Positions 1 to 10,491 of a DNA stretch of 64,000 nucleotides are shown here, piece by piece; positions within the stretch are counted from its first letter, which is position 1, and every line of letters begins with the position of its first letter. Location: the IMG/VR virus record IMGVR_UViG_3300032073_000003, positions 1 through 64,000 of that record, one strand, 5' to 3'. Origin of the DNA: a virus. The notes beneath the pieces are model-generated. The model was not told the origin of the DNA. It worked only from the letters and a program-made list of their open reading frames with translations, and ran no database searches. The position numbers were made by a program, and so were the translations under genes.

Positions 1-1
1 T

Positions 2-3000
2 TTCTAATAATTCTAAATCTTCTAAGAAACCAGGTTCTGAAAGTAAATCTAAATCTTCTTGTAACTTTGATACATATGCTAACCTAAGTCTTTCAAATTT
101 ATCATATATATCTCTATATAATTCTTTCTTATTATCTTCATCTTTTAAAAGATCATATGCACCACTTGTAGTATTAAAGTCTTGATTATATTGTTCAAAT
201 ATAAGAGCTGCCATACTATCCATAGCATCTACAACTTGCTTAGACTCTTGTATTGAAAAATTATCATTAATCGTCTTAGCTCTATTTAACTCACCAAATA
301 TTACATTATCCATTGAAGGTGTAAGATTTGATAACATATTTGAATTTTCAGATGCTCTATATAATTTATCATATAGTTCTTTAACAGACTCTATATTCAT
401 TAAATCTGTAGTAACTTCATTCTTAGTTGTCTTACCAAATAATCCTTGTAAAAATTTATAAATCTTATCAAATATCTTACCTATAAATCCTTTTACTTTT
501 TTCTTACCTTTTGATTTAGCATATGTTCTAAATCCTTCAGCAAGGTCTTCTTCAACATCAAACCAAGCTTCTTCCTTTGTTTTATAAGATTTACTTGTAT
601 ATTTTGGTAAGGTTAATACTTCTTCATATAAACTTACTTTCTCATCTTTAGTTAAGAATAGTTGTGAGAAACCATGCCATGCTTCATGATAAACATCTAC
701 TGAAGTACCACCGTCTCCTTCAAATAATGTAATACCATAACCAGACCATCTAGCAAATGCATTAGAGTTTGTTATTTCAGTAATTCTTTCTAGGCTAATA
801 TATTTACTTAATGGAGAACTTGCCCACCACTTTTCTGCTGCTTTTCTATCTGCTTTAGATGTAAATACTTTATTAAGATATATATCTTTAGCTCTATCTA
901 ATCCTTTTTTAGTATAATTAGGAGTAAATTTACCTGGTTTTTTAAAAATATCATCAAGCTGAGCTACACGAGTTTGTGGATTATCTTCTATATTTTTCTT
1001 TTTAACTTCAACTTTTTCTTTCTTAGTTGCATTTTTTCTAGCAAATTTAGGTTTAGGTTTAGATTTAGTTGTACGTTTTTTTGGTATAGTCTCTTTATCT
1101 GTTTTTCTTACCCATTTAAATTTTGATTTACTCTTTGCAGAAGTTTTAGGTTTTTCTTCTTTTATAACTTTTTTTCTACCTACTTCTAAATTACTTAAAT
1201 CTTCTTTACTAATTAATCCTTCAGGAATAGTATAGTTTAAATAAGCATTTAAACCTTTCTCAAAGTCTAAAAGATCTTCAGTATATTCTATTTTGATATA
1301 TTTTTTAATAGCATCAAAATGTTTTACATTTTGTGTGTTAATTTTATCACCTTCAATATTATAATCAGTAAAAGTTTTACCTTTTAATGAATTATTATAT
1401 TGTATATCAGCAGGATAATATCCATTAGCTCCTTCTGCTTTTCCTTGTTTTTTTTGTTCTGTAGTTAAGTATTTTGGTTTAGCTTGTAGTAAATGATTTT
1501 TAATAAGTTGCTTATTCTCATCTGTAAATATTTCATCATCAGTAAGTGTAATTCTTTTACCTTCTTTGAGTATAATAATTTGTAAAGATTGTTCTTTTTT
1601 CTTTTTTAATATGTTTACAAGAATATTACTAGAATTTATAGTTTTTCCTTTAGGTATACTATTACTTATATATACTTCAAAAAATGCTTTTCTTTCTTCA
1701 AATGTTAATTCTCTACCTTTAATTTTAGCTTTTGTAGTAAGAACAGAAGATATTTTTTCAGCTAAAACTTCATCAACATCACCTTGTTGTAGTTGGAGTT
1801 TAAATGGTTCAGTATTTTCAGTTCCAGGTATTTTTCTTTGTACAATAATATATTGATATCCTTTTTTAGCACCTACTGTTTCTGCTATATAATTTTTAAC
1901 TTCTTCTTCAGTTACATTTGATTCTTGTAAAGTTTGAGTAATTTTTTTAATTTTAGTTTGACCTAATGTTCCAGACACTATTGGTAAGGTAATTTTAAGA
2001 GTTGAGTCATCCTCAAGCATTTGTCTTAATGTATAAAGAGTGTTTAACTCTAGCTTTTGACGTTCTGCAATATCTTTTGTTAATTTATTTAATTGTTTTT
2101 TAGTAACCTTACCACCATTATTTTCAATTTCTTCTTTTTGTCTTTCTGCAAGTATTTCAGGTTCAACAAGATTATAGTTATACTTACGTGAATTAGACAA
2201 TAATAATTTACCCTTAACATCATTAACTCTTCTTAAGTATTGATATACTATTCTACCATCTTCTGGATTATCTGTTAAACTTCCATCTTCTTTAAAATAA
2301 AGAGTGTTACCTTGTTTATCAGTTATAATACCACTAATTCCATTATCATCAGGATGATCTTCTAAATATTTTCTATCACTTGTAGTTAGTAAATCTTTAT
2401 CAATTGTTTTACTCATTACTGCAGTTAAAGCAATTTCAACATCCTCATACATGATTGGATCTGAACTACTCTCTCTGTTCCTTGCAATAAGTGCTATTGA
2501 TTTTACTACATCAGAAAATAATTTTTTCTCTGGATCTATTATATTTTTTTCTTCTTCTGTAGCAGTTTCTGGATTTACAGCAATAGCAACTTGGTATGAA
2601 GTAGTCCATGCACTAGATACTCTTGCTCCATTAAATTGATTATATGACCATAAAAGTAAATCATCAATAGGAGCATCTGGGTTTACAGAAGTATCTTTTC
2701 CTGTCTTATTAGCATTTTTAATCTCAGCTTCTATTTCTTCCTTAGATTTTTTTTTAGTTGCTAATGCTTTACCTACTTCAGTAAGATCTTCAAATTTTCT
2801 TATTTGTTTTTTAAGCTCTGTAAAATCAAAATCGTTATCTAATAAATAATCACTAACTTCTTTATCTAAAGTTACTAAATTAAAAATTTCTGGAGAAGCT
2901 TGAGCATAATACAAAGCTTTTACTTCATCTTCTGAAGCTTCTTTAACTGCATTATAGATCTCTTTTATAGTTTGATCTAAATCAAACTTAGGTAGTCTGT

Positions 3001-3082
3001 TATCATTAATTCTATCTATTATTTCTCCATATAGAATTTTATATACATCTCCTACTTGTTTTTTATTTAAACTACAAGCCAT
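2..3082 (-). CDS. N-terminal ~1027 aa (3'-truncated by window edge) of a giant virion cargo protein with a zincin metallopeptidase domain; probable virion RNA polymerase-bearing protein
   Basis: Not in the ORF track. ATG at 3082, 2 nt after the previous stop; I translated it as open to base 2 (MACSLNKKQVGDVY...). Contains DVYHEAWHGFSQLF followed by EEDLAEGFRTY (HExxH plus downstream E). Zincin domains are known in crAss-like giant cargo/RNAP proteins. The RNAP DxDxD motif is not in the visible part. Confidence 0.75.
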   Translation of the reverse strand, partial: MACSLNKKQVGDVYKILYGEIIDRINDNRLPKFDLDQTIKEIYNAVKEASEDEVKALYYAQASPEIFNLVTLDKEVSDYLLDNDFDFTELKKQIRKFEDLTEVGKALATKKKSKEEIEAEIKNANKTGKDTSVNPDAPIDDLLLWSYNQFNGARVSSAWTTSYQVAIAVNPETATEEEKNIIDPEKKLFSDVVKSIALIARNRESSSDPIMYEDVEIALTAVMSKTIDKDLLTTSDRKYLEDHPDDNGISGIITDKQGNTLYFKEDGSLTDNPEDGRIVYQYLRRVNDVKGKLLLSNSRKYNYNLVEPEILAERQKEEIENNGGKVTKKQLNKLTKDIAERQKLELNTLYTLRQMLEDDSTLKITLPIVSGTLGQTKIKKITQTLQESNVTEEEVKNYIAETVGAKKGYQYIIVQRKIPGTENTEPFKLQLQQGDVDEVLAEKISSVLTTKAKIKGRELTFEERKAFFEVYISNSIPKGKTINSSNILVNILKKKKEQSLQIIILKEGKRITLTDDEIFTDENKQLIKNHLLQAKPKYLTTEQKKQGKAEGANGYYPADIQYNNSLKGKTFTDYNIEGDKINTQNVKHFDAIKKYIKIEYTEDLLDFEKGLNAYLNYTIPEGLISKEDLSNLEVGRKKVIKEEKPKTSAKSKSKFKWVRKTDKETIPKKRTTKSKPKPKFARKNATKKEKVEVKKKNIEDNPQTRVAQLDDIFKKPGKFTPNYTKKGLDRAKDIYLNKVFTSKADRKAAEKWWASSPLSKYISLERITEITNSNAFARWSGYGITLFEGDGGTSVDVYHEAWHGFSQLFLTKDEKVSLYEEVLTLPKYTSKSYKTKEEAWFDVEEDLAEGFRTYAKSKGKKKVKGFIGKIFDKIYKFLQGLFGKTTKNEVTTDLMNIESVKELYDKLYRASENSNMLSNLTPSMDNVIFGELNRAKTINDNFSIQESKQVVDAMDSMAALIFEQYNQDFNTTSGAYDLLKDEDNKKELYRDIYDKFERLRLAYVSKLQEDLDLLSEPGFLEDLELLE

Positions 3083-3083
3083 T

Positions 3084-6000
3084 TTAACATTCTTTAGAGT
3101 TATTTTTTAAATTATCGAATCTAGAATTAACATCAGAGTTTCTAGAGTCCTCTTTAAATTTACTAGTTGATTTAGTATCATTAGCTAAATCTTTTACAAT
3201 ATCCTGTGACTCATTTGAACCTTCTATATCTACTGGATTTATTGGTGTTTCTGATACTGGTTTTGTTGCTTCCATAGTTATTTTTTCTAAATTTGCCAAT
3301 TTCTCTTGACTAATTGTATCTTTAACTTTAGATACTATATTTTCTAAACGTACACTACTTTTATTAATTCTAACAATTTTATATATACTTTCCGCAGCAT
3401 CTTCAAAGATAGGGTTTTTACTAATAAGATACTCACCTATATTTATAGTATCTAAAGATACTAAAGTATTTAATTCAGTAAGTCTAGTATTATAAGCTTC
3501 CTGAAGAGAACTGATTGCTTTTGCTTCTCCATTTTCAAGTGCTTTTAAAACAGCTGCTTCATATACTTCTTGTATATTATTTAATTTAGCATTAGATATT
3601 TTTTGTAGTAATTCATCTATGTTACTTTTAGTACTATCTGTTTGAGTTGGTTTCTCTGCTCCAGGTGTGAATTCAAAATCTGAAGTTTCTCTAGATCGTT
3701 TAATTATTTCTTGGAATGACGTTCCTGAAGATTGTCCAGGAACACTCTCTGATTGTCCACTGACAGTCCCTTCATTCTTAGGTACACTAGTCCTTTTCTG
3801 TACTTTCCTTTTTCCTGTAAATTCTTTTTCGATTTGCTTGTAGTTGTAGATTTTGCCATCTTTTGTTAATTTAATTAATCTTAAGTCATTTTGTAATTGT
3901 AATAAAGCATGAATTTGATTTTCAATATCATCAATCAAATCACCTCTATTTAAAACAGTATATCCTAATTCATATAGTTGCTCTACTGTATCTTCTATCC
4001 ATAATTGAATATTAAGTAAATCCTTTGAATTTAATGATTTACTTTTTCCATCTAATAATCTATTTAGTGCTTCTGGATATTGTTCAGCTAATATTTCAGT
4101 AATAGCTATAGATATATTAGTTGACAAAGATAACCTATCTATTTCTTTTAGATCTTGTATTTCATCCAATTTATTAACCTTACTAGTTAACCTTTGAAAA
4201 TTGTTAGGTAGTCTATTTAATGCAAAAATATAGTTATCAGCATTAACTCCATATACAAATGTTTTTTGATTTGAGTCATACAAAGACTCTCTTCTAGAAC
4301 TTAAATCCTGTATTTCAAATCTTAAATCAGATATTCTAGTAAGTATCAAATTTCTTTTAACTTCATCGGTTTCCGTTTCAAAATTGTTTTTTAATAATCC
4401 AATTTTATTACCTATCTCACCAATTTTTTTATCTATTTTTCCAATTTCTGCATCATTAGACATATAAGATAACGATATAATTTCACCTGATTGAGATCTA
4501 TTAATATCATATCTTACTCCATTTATACTAGCTACAGTTTCATTTTGATTAGAAAATGAAGCGTTAATAACTTCACCCTGAATTATTGATACTTGACCAA
4601 TAGATTCCACTGGAGCTATTACTTGTAAACCTACATCTTCTAATGTAAGTTTTTCATTAACTATATCTGAGGTAGAGTCAAGTCTTCTTATTGGAAAAAC
4701 TTCAATTAAGTTTTGTTGAGAACTGATGGATTCTTCTAATTTTTCTATTTGATCATTTATCTCATTTAAACCTCCTACTACATAAGTACCTTCTTGTGTT
4801 CCTTTTATTAAAAGAGCCCTATTAGCTTTTGCAGTATCTAAACTAATTTGTAATGCTGTTAAATCAGTATTTGTAGATACCTCAATTGCAAACTCTCCAT
4901 TTTTTGTTCTAATAAGTTTACCCTCTTTACCTTTATATATTACAAACTTACCTATATTATCTTCTAATGTAATTTTAGATGGTTCAGTAGCTTGATATCC
5001 AGGTTTAGATGTAGGCTCTGTAGTTGTTCTAACTGTAACGTTTTCAGGTTCAATTTTAATTATTCCAAAATCTTCTATTTCGGGTAAATATTCTAAATCA
5101 ATTGTATCCTGTGCATCAGGAACTATCCCTGCTAAATCTACATCTTCTATATAACCTACTTTAACATTACGATCTTTACTTAATGTAAGACTTAAAGGCA
5201 TTAGTTTTAATTCTGGTAAAATTCCAGTACTATTATAAAACATATATCCATATATAGATTGCTGTGCTCTAAAGTATGTAGACTTCTCATAACCTTTTTC
5301 AGTACCAAACTTTTTCCATTTTGCTTCACTACTAGTCTTAATATCTACAATAGCAACAGACCCATCTTCTTTAATAAGTAATAAATCAAGTTCCCCCGTT
5401 ACACCATTATCTCTAAGATTTTTATCAAACACTTTTACATCTTCAGAAAAAATTGTATAACTACCGTCAACTACACCAAGTCTAAATTTAGTTACAAGAC
5501 CTCCAGAACTATTTACTGTTATGGGTGCAAATAATTTATCAAATGCTTTTTTAGACATTAGATCTGATATCTTAGACATTCTACCTTTTATCTCTACTTC
5601 TGAGTCATACGTAAATTCAGTAAATTTAGATTTAGTAGCTGCATTAGGAGTTAAAAACATTCTTATTAAATCATCAACAACATTACCTGAATCAGATGAT
5701 TCTCTAAAAGCTTCTCTGCTAATTACTTTTTCTAATGCTTCATAACTACCATCAGTTTCTAATGAGTTTCTTACAGCATTCATTTTTTCAACATACTTAA
5801 ATGCAGGAAATCCTGGATTTTCTCTAGTACCTTTATTTTCAACTTTTTGTTTAAAAGCTTCCATAAATTTTTCTACCCTATCTACTGCAGCAACATCTGG
5901 ATTTCCATATGTAAGATCATATAATTCTCTAATAGGAGCTTTTGTAGGTTCACCAGTAACTTTATTAACTCCTGGAGCTAACCCTTGATAAATAAAAGCT

Positions 6001-9000
6001 TTACTTCCTTTAATTTTATTTTCAACTTGTTCTGCTACTTTAGTTGTTCTTTCAGGTACTGTTTCTGAATCTTTAAACTTTCTACCTATTTTATTTCCGT
6101 CTTCATCATATATATCCTCTAACTCATCTTGTTTATTTATAACATTATCTATTATAATATTAACAGTTTCTTCTGCAACAGTTTTAGGTGTTGACGATTC
6201 TACTCTTGCATTTAAGTATCCTTTTAAAGCTACTAAATCATCATTAATATCTTTAATATTTTGATCAGTTAACGGAATAGTTTTTTTAGCATCTCTACTA
6301 GGATACCCTCCTTCTTTTAAAAATTTTTCAAATCTTTTAATAACTTGACCTATTTCATATGTGCTATTATTAATTCCAATTTGCTTATTAATAAATTTTA
6401 ATTTAGGAGGTTCAGCTAATTTTTTTGCTTTTTCTTCTGCGTTTAATTGTGATTTAGTATTAAAATTATTTATTAAATCTGATTGACTTTCTAACCAATT
6501 TTTTCTTAGGTTTTCATATTTTACAGGATCATTAACTTTTAAGTCTATTGATTCTTCTATAGTGTTTACTAAAAAATCATCAAACAGTTTTGTAATTTCA
6601 TTTTGAAATTCTTGATCAAAATTATCAAATTCAGTTTTAGTTGTATAAACTTTAGGAGTATTTTCATTTACACCCTGCTTATCAAATTCAGCTTTTATTT
6701 CAGCAATAAGGACATCATATTTTGCTATTATAGCATCAACTGCTTCTTGAAATTTCTTATACTCATTAGTGTCTTCAACATTAATTTGTGCAGTAGCTGG
6801 TTCTTTACTTAATTCTTCATTAATTTCTTTTAGCTTATTTGTAGACCATTCTCCAAAAACTGTTGTAAGCATGGTTGAATTAGCCATTTGATCTCTATCT
6901 TCAGATTGAAATTTATTAGATAACTCTTGAAATGCTTTTACTTTTTGAGGATCATTACTAATAATTTGTTCTTGTTCAGCTAGATATTTTCTACCATCTA
7001 TATTATCTTTTTTCATTACATCCTCTACAACAACTGATGCAGCGGCTTGTATTTCAACATTATCTATAGACTCTTCAAAAACTTTTATAGCATCTTCTAA
7101 TTTTTTCTTGTCTGCTTCTAATTCTGCTTTCCTATCTTCAGTAAGAGTTTCTCCTGCAACACGTTGTGCCTCTTCAGATTCATACTGACTAGGAGTCATT
7201 CCATACTTATCTTCAAATGCTTTATTATACTTATCTCTTTCTTTTTGTATTAATCCATCTCTTTCTGCTTCTAACTCAGCTATTTTGTTATCAAGTTGTT
7301 CTTTTAATCCTACTGTTTCTCCAGCAGGTTTTTCTTCATCTAATTTAGCAGCACGATTTAAAATATCTACATAGTCCATATATATAAGACTACCTTTGTT
7401 AATCATTCTATTAGTCTTGACATCTATAAAAAATTCAGGTTTATAATTATGATCTTCAACCCATTTATTAAATTCTTCTAAGTCAAGAAATACTCCTTGA
7501 TTAGCTAAAGTATTTAAAAGAGTATTTCTTTCTATAGCTGTTATTTCTTGATTAACAATATCTTTCACAATATTTTCTCTATTGTTATAGAGTTTTCTCA
7601 TGAACTCAAAGTTTTTTACAACATGTTCATAAAAGCCATTTGGACTTGATAATAAATTAGCATATTGATTTAAAATACCATTTTCATTATTTAATGTTAA
7701 TATATCTAATACACCATCAACTAAACTATCAATACCTCCTTGATTATTAATTTCTTTTTCTATTTTAAATCTATCTTCATTTGTATTACCTAATCCTATT
7801 AATAAGTCATTAAAAGTTTTCTTAAAAGATTCTGATCCAGTACTTAAAGTTTTTTCAAAATCTTTTAAAATACTATTTAACATTTCTAGATCTTCTTGTT
7901 CATCTTCAGATAATTCTAATTTATTAATCTCATTAATTTTACTTTCAAGTTTTATTTTATCAATAAATAAATTAAAAGTCTTATCTAAATTAACTTCATA
8001 CCTAGAATATAATTCTAATAATTCTCTTTTTGTAGAAAGTTCAATCTTAGCTTCTTGAGTTGATACAGACTCTAAAGTTTCTATATCAGTTTTTAACATT
8101 TCTATCTGTCTAAATAACTGATTAGGATCTGTTAAAGCACTTATATTATTCATTGGTGTTTTTGAAAGAGATGTTATTTTATTAAATTTATCATATAAAC
8201 CATCTATTCTTTTCAAATTATTATCAAATGAACTACTTAAAAAAGTATATGAATTAAGAGCTAAACTAAATGCTTTATTATATACTTGAGCCATTCTATA
8301 CTCTTCAGTATCTTTTTCATAATCATTAAGATCAAGTCTAAATTCTTTCATTTTATCTTTAGCCTTGTTGTATCTAAAAGCAACTTTTTCCGCATCTTCT
8401 AATGATGTTTCAAATCTTTCTAATGCTTTTTGTCCTTGACCTGGTTCAAGATTCCATGCTTCTTCTATATCTTTTGCTGAAGCTTGCTGATACTTTTTAA
8501 GATGAGTTAAAAACATATCAAAAGTACCTCTTTCTAATGATGCATATAATGCAGATTGAAATGCAGCAAACTTTGTATCTTGTATTTCTTTAGTAGTATG
8601 CTCTTCTGGGTTATCAATTACTTTAGACATTAATCCTTGTTGAGCATGATTACTAACTCTAGGATCAAAAAAGTAATTTGCATCTTTATATAGTGTATTT
8701 AATTCCTTAACTATATCATCTGCCATTTCTTTTCTACCACTTATGTACTCTTCAAACTTTGGACCTTTTTTAAAGTAATCATTATAACCTATAGTAGCAT
8801 AAGTTTTAATTTTACCAGGTGCTTGTAATATAGTACCCATTAAAAATCCTGACATAAATGTCTCTAAACCTTGAGAGCTCCATTGTTTAGCAATAGCATC
8901 ACTTACAATACCTGCACCATATCTAATATTTCTAGCATCGGGGTTTTTAAAAGTTTCTAAATAATAATCTTGAGTAGATTCTTGTAATATATCTTGTGAA

Positions 9001-10484
9001 ACTTCTTGAAAACCTTCCATTACATTTGCTTTAAAGTAGTTTAAACCTACTTTACCATATGATTTAGGTTTTCCTAATGACTTTAATGCATTTATAAGAT
9101 TAATTTTTTCTTTTACAAATTCACCTTGCAATCCTTTTTGACCCGGTTTAAATAAAACTTGATATTCTTTACCAACATTAGTAACTGTTTTTCCAAATGC
9201 AAACTTTGGAACTCCTTTTAAAAAACTTGCTTTTGTTATAGAAGGAAATACTAACTTATTAGTATAATATATTAGCATTGTATTATTATGAGTATTCCAC
9301 CAAGATCCCTTAGAGGCTTCCATCATTAATTCTTCTTGTTGTTCTAAAGTTGGAGATTTACCATTATTTTTAGGATCATTTAAAAATTGATTATATAGTT
9401 TATCATAAAGTTCATTTTTAGTAAAACCACCTTCTAATTTACCTTCTGATAATGCCATATTCATAGCCATAACATCATGCCAAAATGCACCAGCAGTAGT
9501 TGTACTTCTTGCCGCATTAGTTAAATTACTAGTATTTTTTAAAGCAGTAGCTGTATTTTGTAAAGGATTAACAAAATTACCAAAGTTTGTTCCTGCTTTT
9601 TTCCAATATTCTTTTGCTTTAGATAAGTTAGAATAACTATTTACATCATCTAATAGTTTACCTGTACCTTTAGCAAGATTTTTAAATGCTCTTGGTAAGT
9701 TAGATAATTTTCTTAAACCTGTAAGTGCTCCTCCTGCTGCTCCACCAGGACCTCCAAATAAACCTCCAATTAAAGCACCTTCTATTGCACCTTCTGTTAA
9801 GATACCCATAGAATAAGATGCTGAGTTTAATAAGTTTACTGTAAATCCACCTAGTCCACCTTTAGTAGATTGACCTAATGAATTATAATATTGATAGTCT
9901 CTTGCTCCTTCAGGATCTGCGTAAAACAATCCATCACCGTCTACTATACTTTTGTAAGATTTAATAGGATCCATTATACCTTTAGTAAACATTGGCCAAG
10001 CAGAATGTGTTGCCCATCTTTTTAAATCATCACCAAAAGTAGTATTCTGATTATACCAAGTCTCATTATCTATTAAAGGATCAAATCCAAGTTTATTAAA
10101 TGTTTCTTGTCCATATGCTTTATACCTATCTCTAAAGGTACCACTAGGTGTAGCATCATAAGCATAAGGTGTTGCATAATCACTATAGTCAGTAAGACTA
10201 TTAAGTTCTTGATTTAATTTATTAACTACAGCTATACCAGGACTTATTACACCTTTTTGTGCTAATTGATTAATTGCAGAAGGTGGTACATTAGGTGATA
10301 TACCAGCAGTATTATCTTTAATAAAATTAGTAGGATTAACAAAATTATCTTCCCATCTTAAAGTAGGATCAATAGGTTGATCTATTCTAGCAGGATTTAA
10401 AAAATCACTTTGTGCAGCTAATTGATCTAAATCTGCATTTTGATTACTTAAATTTTCAGCATTATTTATTGTTTCTTCTGCCAT
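3084..10484 (-). CDS. 2466-aa ejected cargo protein with glycine-zipper N-terminal region, long coiled coils and a PD-(D/E)XK nuclease domain
   Basis: GALIGGLFGGPGGAAGGALTG hydrophobic stretch. Nuclease motifs SGNVVDD...GELDLLLIKEDGSVAIVDIKT...QQSIYGYM at ~5250-5700. Located in the cargo cluster. Confidence 0.75.
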   Translation of the reverse strand: MAEETINNAENLSNQNADLDQLAAQSDFLNPARIDQPIDPTLRWEDNFVNPTNFIKDNTAGISPNVPPSAINQLAQKGVISPGIAVVNKLNQELNSLTDYSDYATPYAYDATPSGTFRDRYKAYGQETFNKLGFDPLIDNETWYNQNTTFGDDLKRWATHSAWPMFTKGIMDPIKSYKSIVDGDGLFYADPEGARDYQYYNSLGQSTKGGLGGFTVNLLNSASYSMGILTEGAIEGALIGGLFGGPGGAAGGALTGLRKLSNLPRAFKNLAKGTGKLLDDVNSYSNLSKAKEYWKKAGTNFGNFVNPLQNTATALKNTSNLTNAARSTTTAGAFWHDVMAMNMALSEGKLEGGFTKNELYDKLYNQFLNDPKNNGKSPTLEQQEELMMEASKGSWWNTHNNTMLIYYTNKLVFPSITKASFLKGVPKFAFGKTVTNVGKEYQVLFKPGQKGLQGEFVKEKINLINALKSLGKPKSYGKVGLNYFKANVMEGFQEVSQDILQESTQDYYLETFKNPDARNIRYGAGIVSDAIAKQWSSQGLETFMSGFLMGTILQAPGKIKTYATIGYNDYFKKGPKFEEYISGRKEMADDIVKELNTLYKDANYFFDPRVSNHAQQGLMSKVIDNPEEHTTKEIQDTKFAAFQSALYASLERGTFDMFLTHLKKYQQASAKDIEEAWNLEPGQGQKALERFETSLEDAEKVAFRYNKAKDKMKEFRLDLNDYEKDTEEYRMAQVYNKAFSLALNSYTFLSSSFDNNLKRIDGLYDKFNKITSLSKTPMNNISALTDPNQLFRQIEMLKTDIETLESVSTQEAKIELSTKRELLELYSRYEVNLDKTFNLFIDKIKLESKINEINKLELSEDEQEDLEMLNSILKDFEKTLSTGSESFKKTFNDLLIGLGNTNEDRFKIEKEINNQGGIDSLVDGVLDILTLNNENGILNQYANLLSSPNGFYEHVVKNFEFMRKLYNNRENIVKDIVNQEITAIERNTLLNTLANQGVFLDLEEFNKWVEDHNYKPEFFIDVKTNRMINKGSLIYMDYVDILNRAAKLDEEKPAGETVGLKEQLDNKIAELEAERDGLIQKERDKYNKAFEDKYGMTPSQYESEEAQRVAGETLTEDRKAELEADKKKLEDAIKVFEESIDNVEIQAAASVVVEDVMKKDNIDGRKYLAEQEQIISNDPQKVKAFQELSNKFQSEDRDQMANSTMLTTVFGEWSTNKLKEINEELSKEPATAQINVEDTNEYKKFQEAVDAIIAKYDVLIAEIKAEFDKQGVNENTPKVYTTKTEFDNFDQEFQNEITKLFDDFLVNTIEESIDLKVNDPVKYENLRKNWLESQSDLINNFNTKSQLNAEEKAKKLAEPPKLKFINKQIGINNSTYEIGQVIKRFEKFLKEGGYPSRDAKKTIPLTDQNIKDINDDLVALKGYLNARVESSTPKTVAEETVNIIIDNVINKQDELEDIYDEDGNKIGRKFKDSETVPERTTKVAEQVENKIKGSKAFIYQGLAPGVNKVTGEPTKAPIRELYDLTYGNPDVAAVDRVEKFMEAFKQKVENKGTRENPGFPAFKYVEKMNAVRNSLETDGSYEALEKVISREAFRESSDSGNVVDDLIRMFLTPNAATKSKFTEFTYDSEVEIKGRMSKISDLMSKKAFDKLFAPITVNSSGGLVTKFRLGVVDGSYTIFSEDVKVFDKNLRDNGVTGELDLLLIKEDGSVAIVDIKTSSEAKWKKFGTEKGYEKSTYFRAQQSIYGYMFYNSTGILPELKLMPLSLTLSKDRNVKVGYIEDVDLAGIVPDAQDTIDLEYLPEIEDFGIIKIEPENVTVRTTTEPTSKPGYQATEPSKITLEDNIGKFVIYKGKEGKLIRTKNGEFAIEVSTNTDLTALQISLDTAKANRALLIKGTQEGTYVVGGLNEINDQIEKLEESISSQQNLIEVFPIRRLDSTSDIVNEKLTLEDVGLQVIAPVESIGQVSIIQGEVINASFSNQNETVASINGVRYDINRSQSGEIISLSYMSNDAEIGKIDKKIGEIGNKIGLLKNNFETETDEVKRNLILTRISDLRFEIQDLSSRRESLYDSNQKTFVYGVNADNYIFALNRLPNNFQRLTSKVNKLDEIQDLKEIDRLSLSTNISIAITEILAEQYPEALNRLLDGKSKSLNSKDLLNIQLWIEDTVEQLYELGYTVLNRGDLIDDIENQIHALLQLQNDLRLIKLTKDGKIYNYKQIEKEFTGKRKVQKRTSVPKNEGTVSGQSESVPGQSSGTSFQEIIKRSRETSDFEFTPGAEKPTQTDSTKSNIDELLQKISNAKLNNIQEVYEAAVLKALENGEAKAISSLQEAYNTRLTELNTLVSLDTINIGEYLISKNPIFEDAAESIYKIVRINKSSVRLENIVSKVKDTISQEKLANLEKITMEATKPVSETPINPVDIEGSNESQDIVKDLANDTKSTSKFKEDSRNSDVNSRFDNLKNNSKEC

Positions 10485-10491
10485 TTTAATA

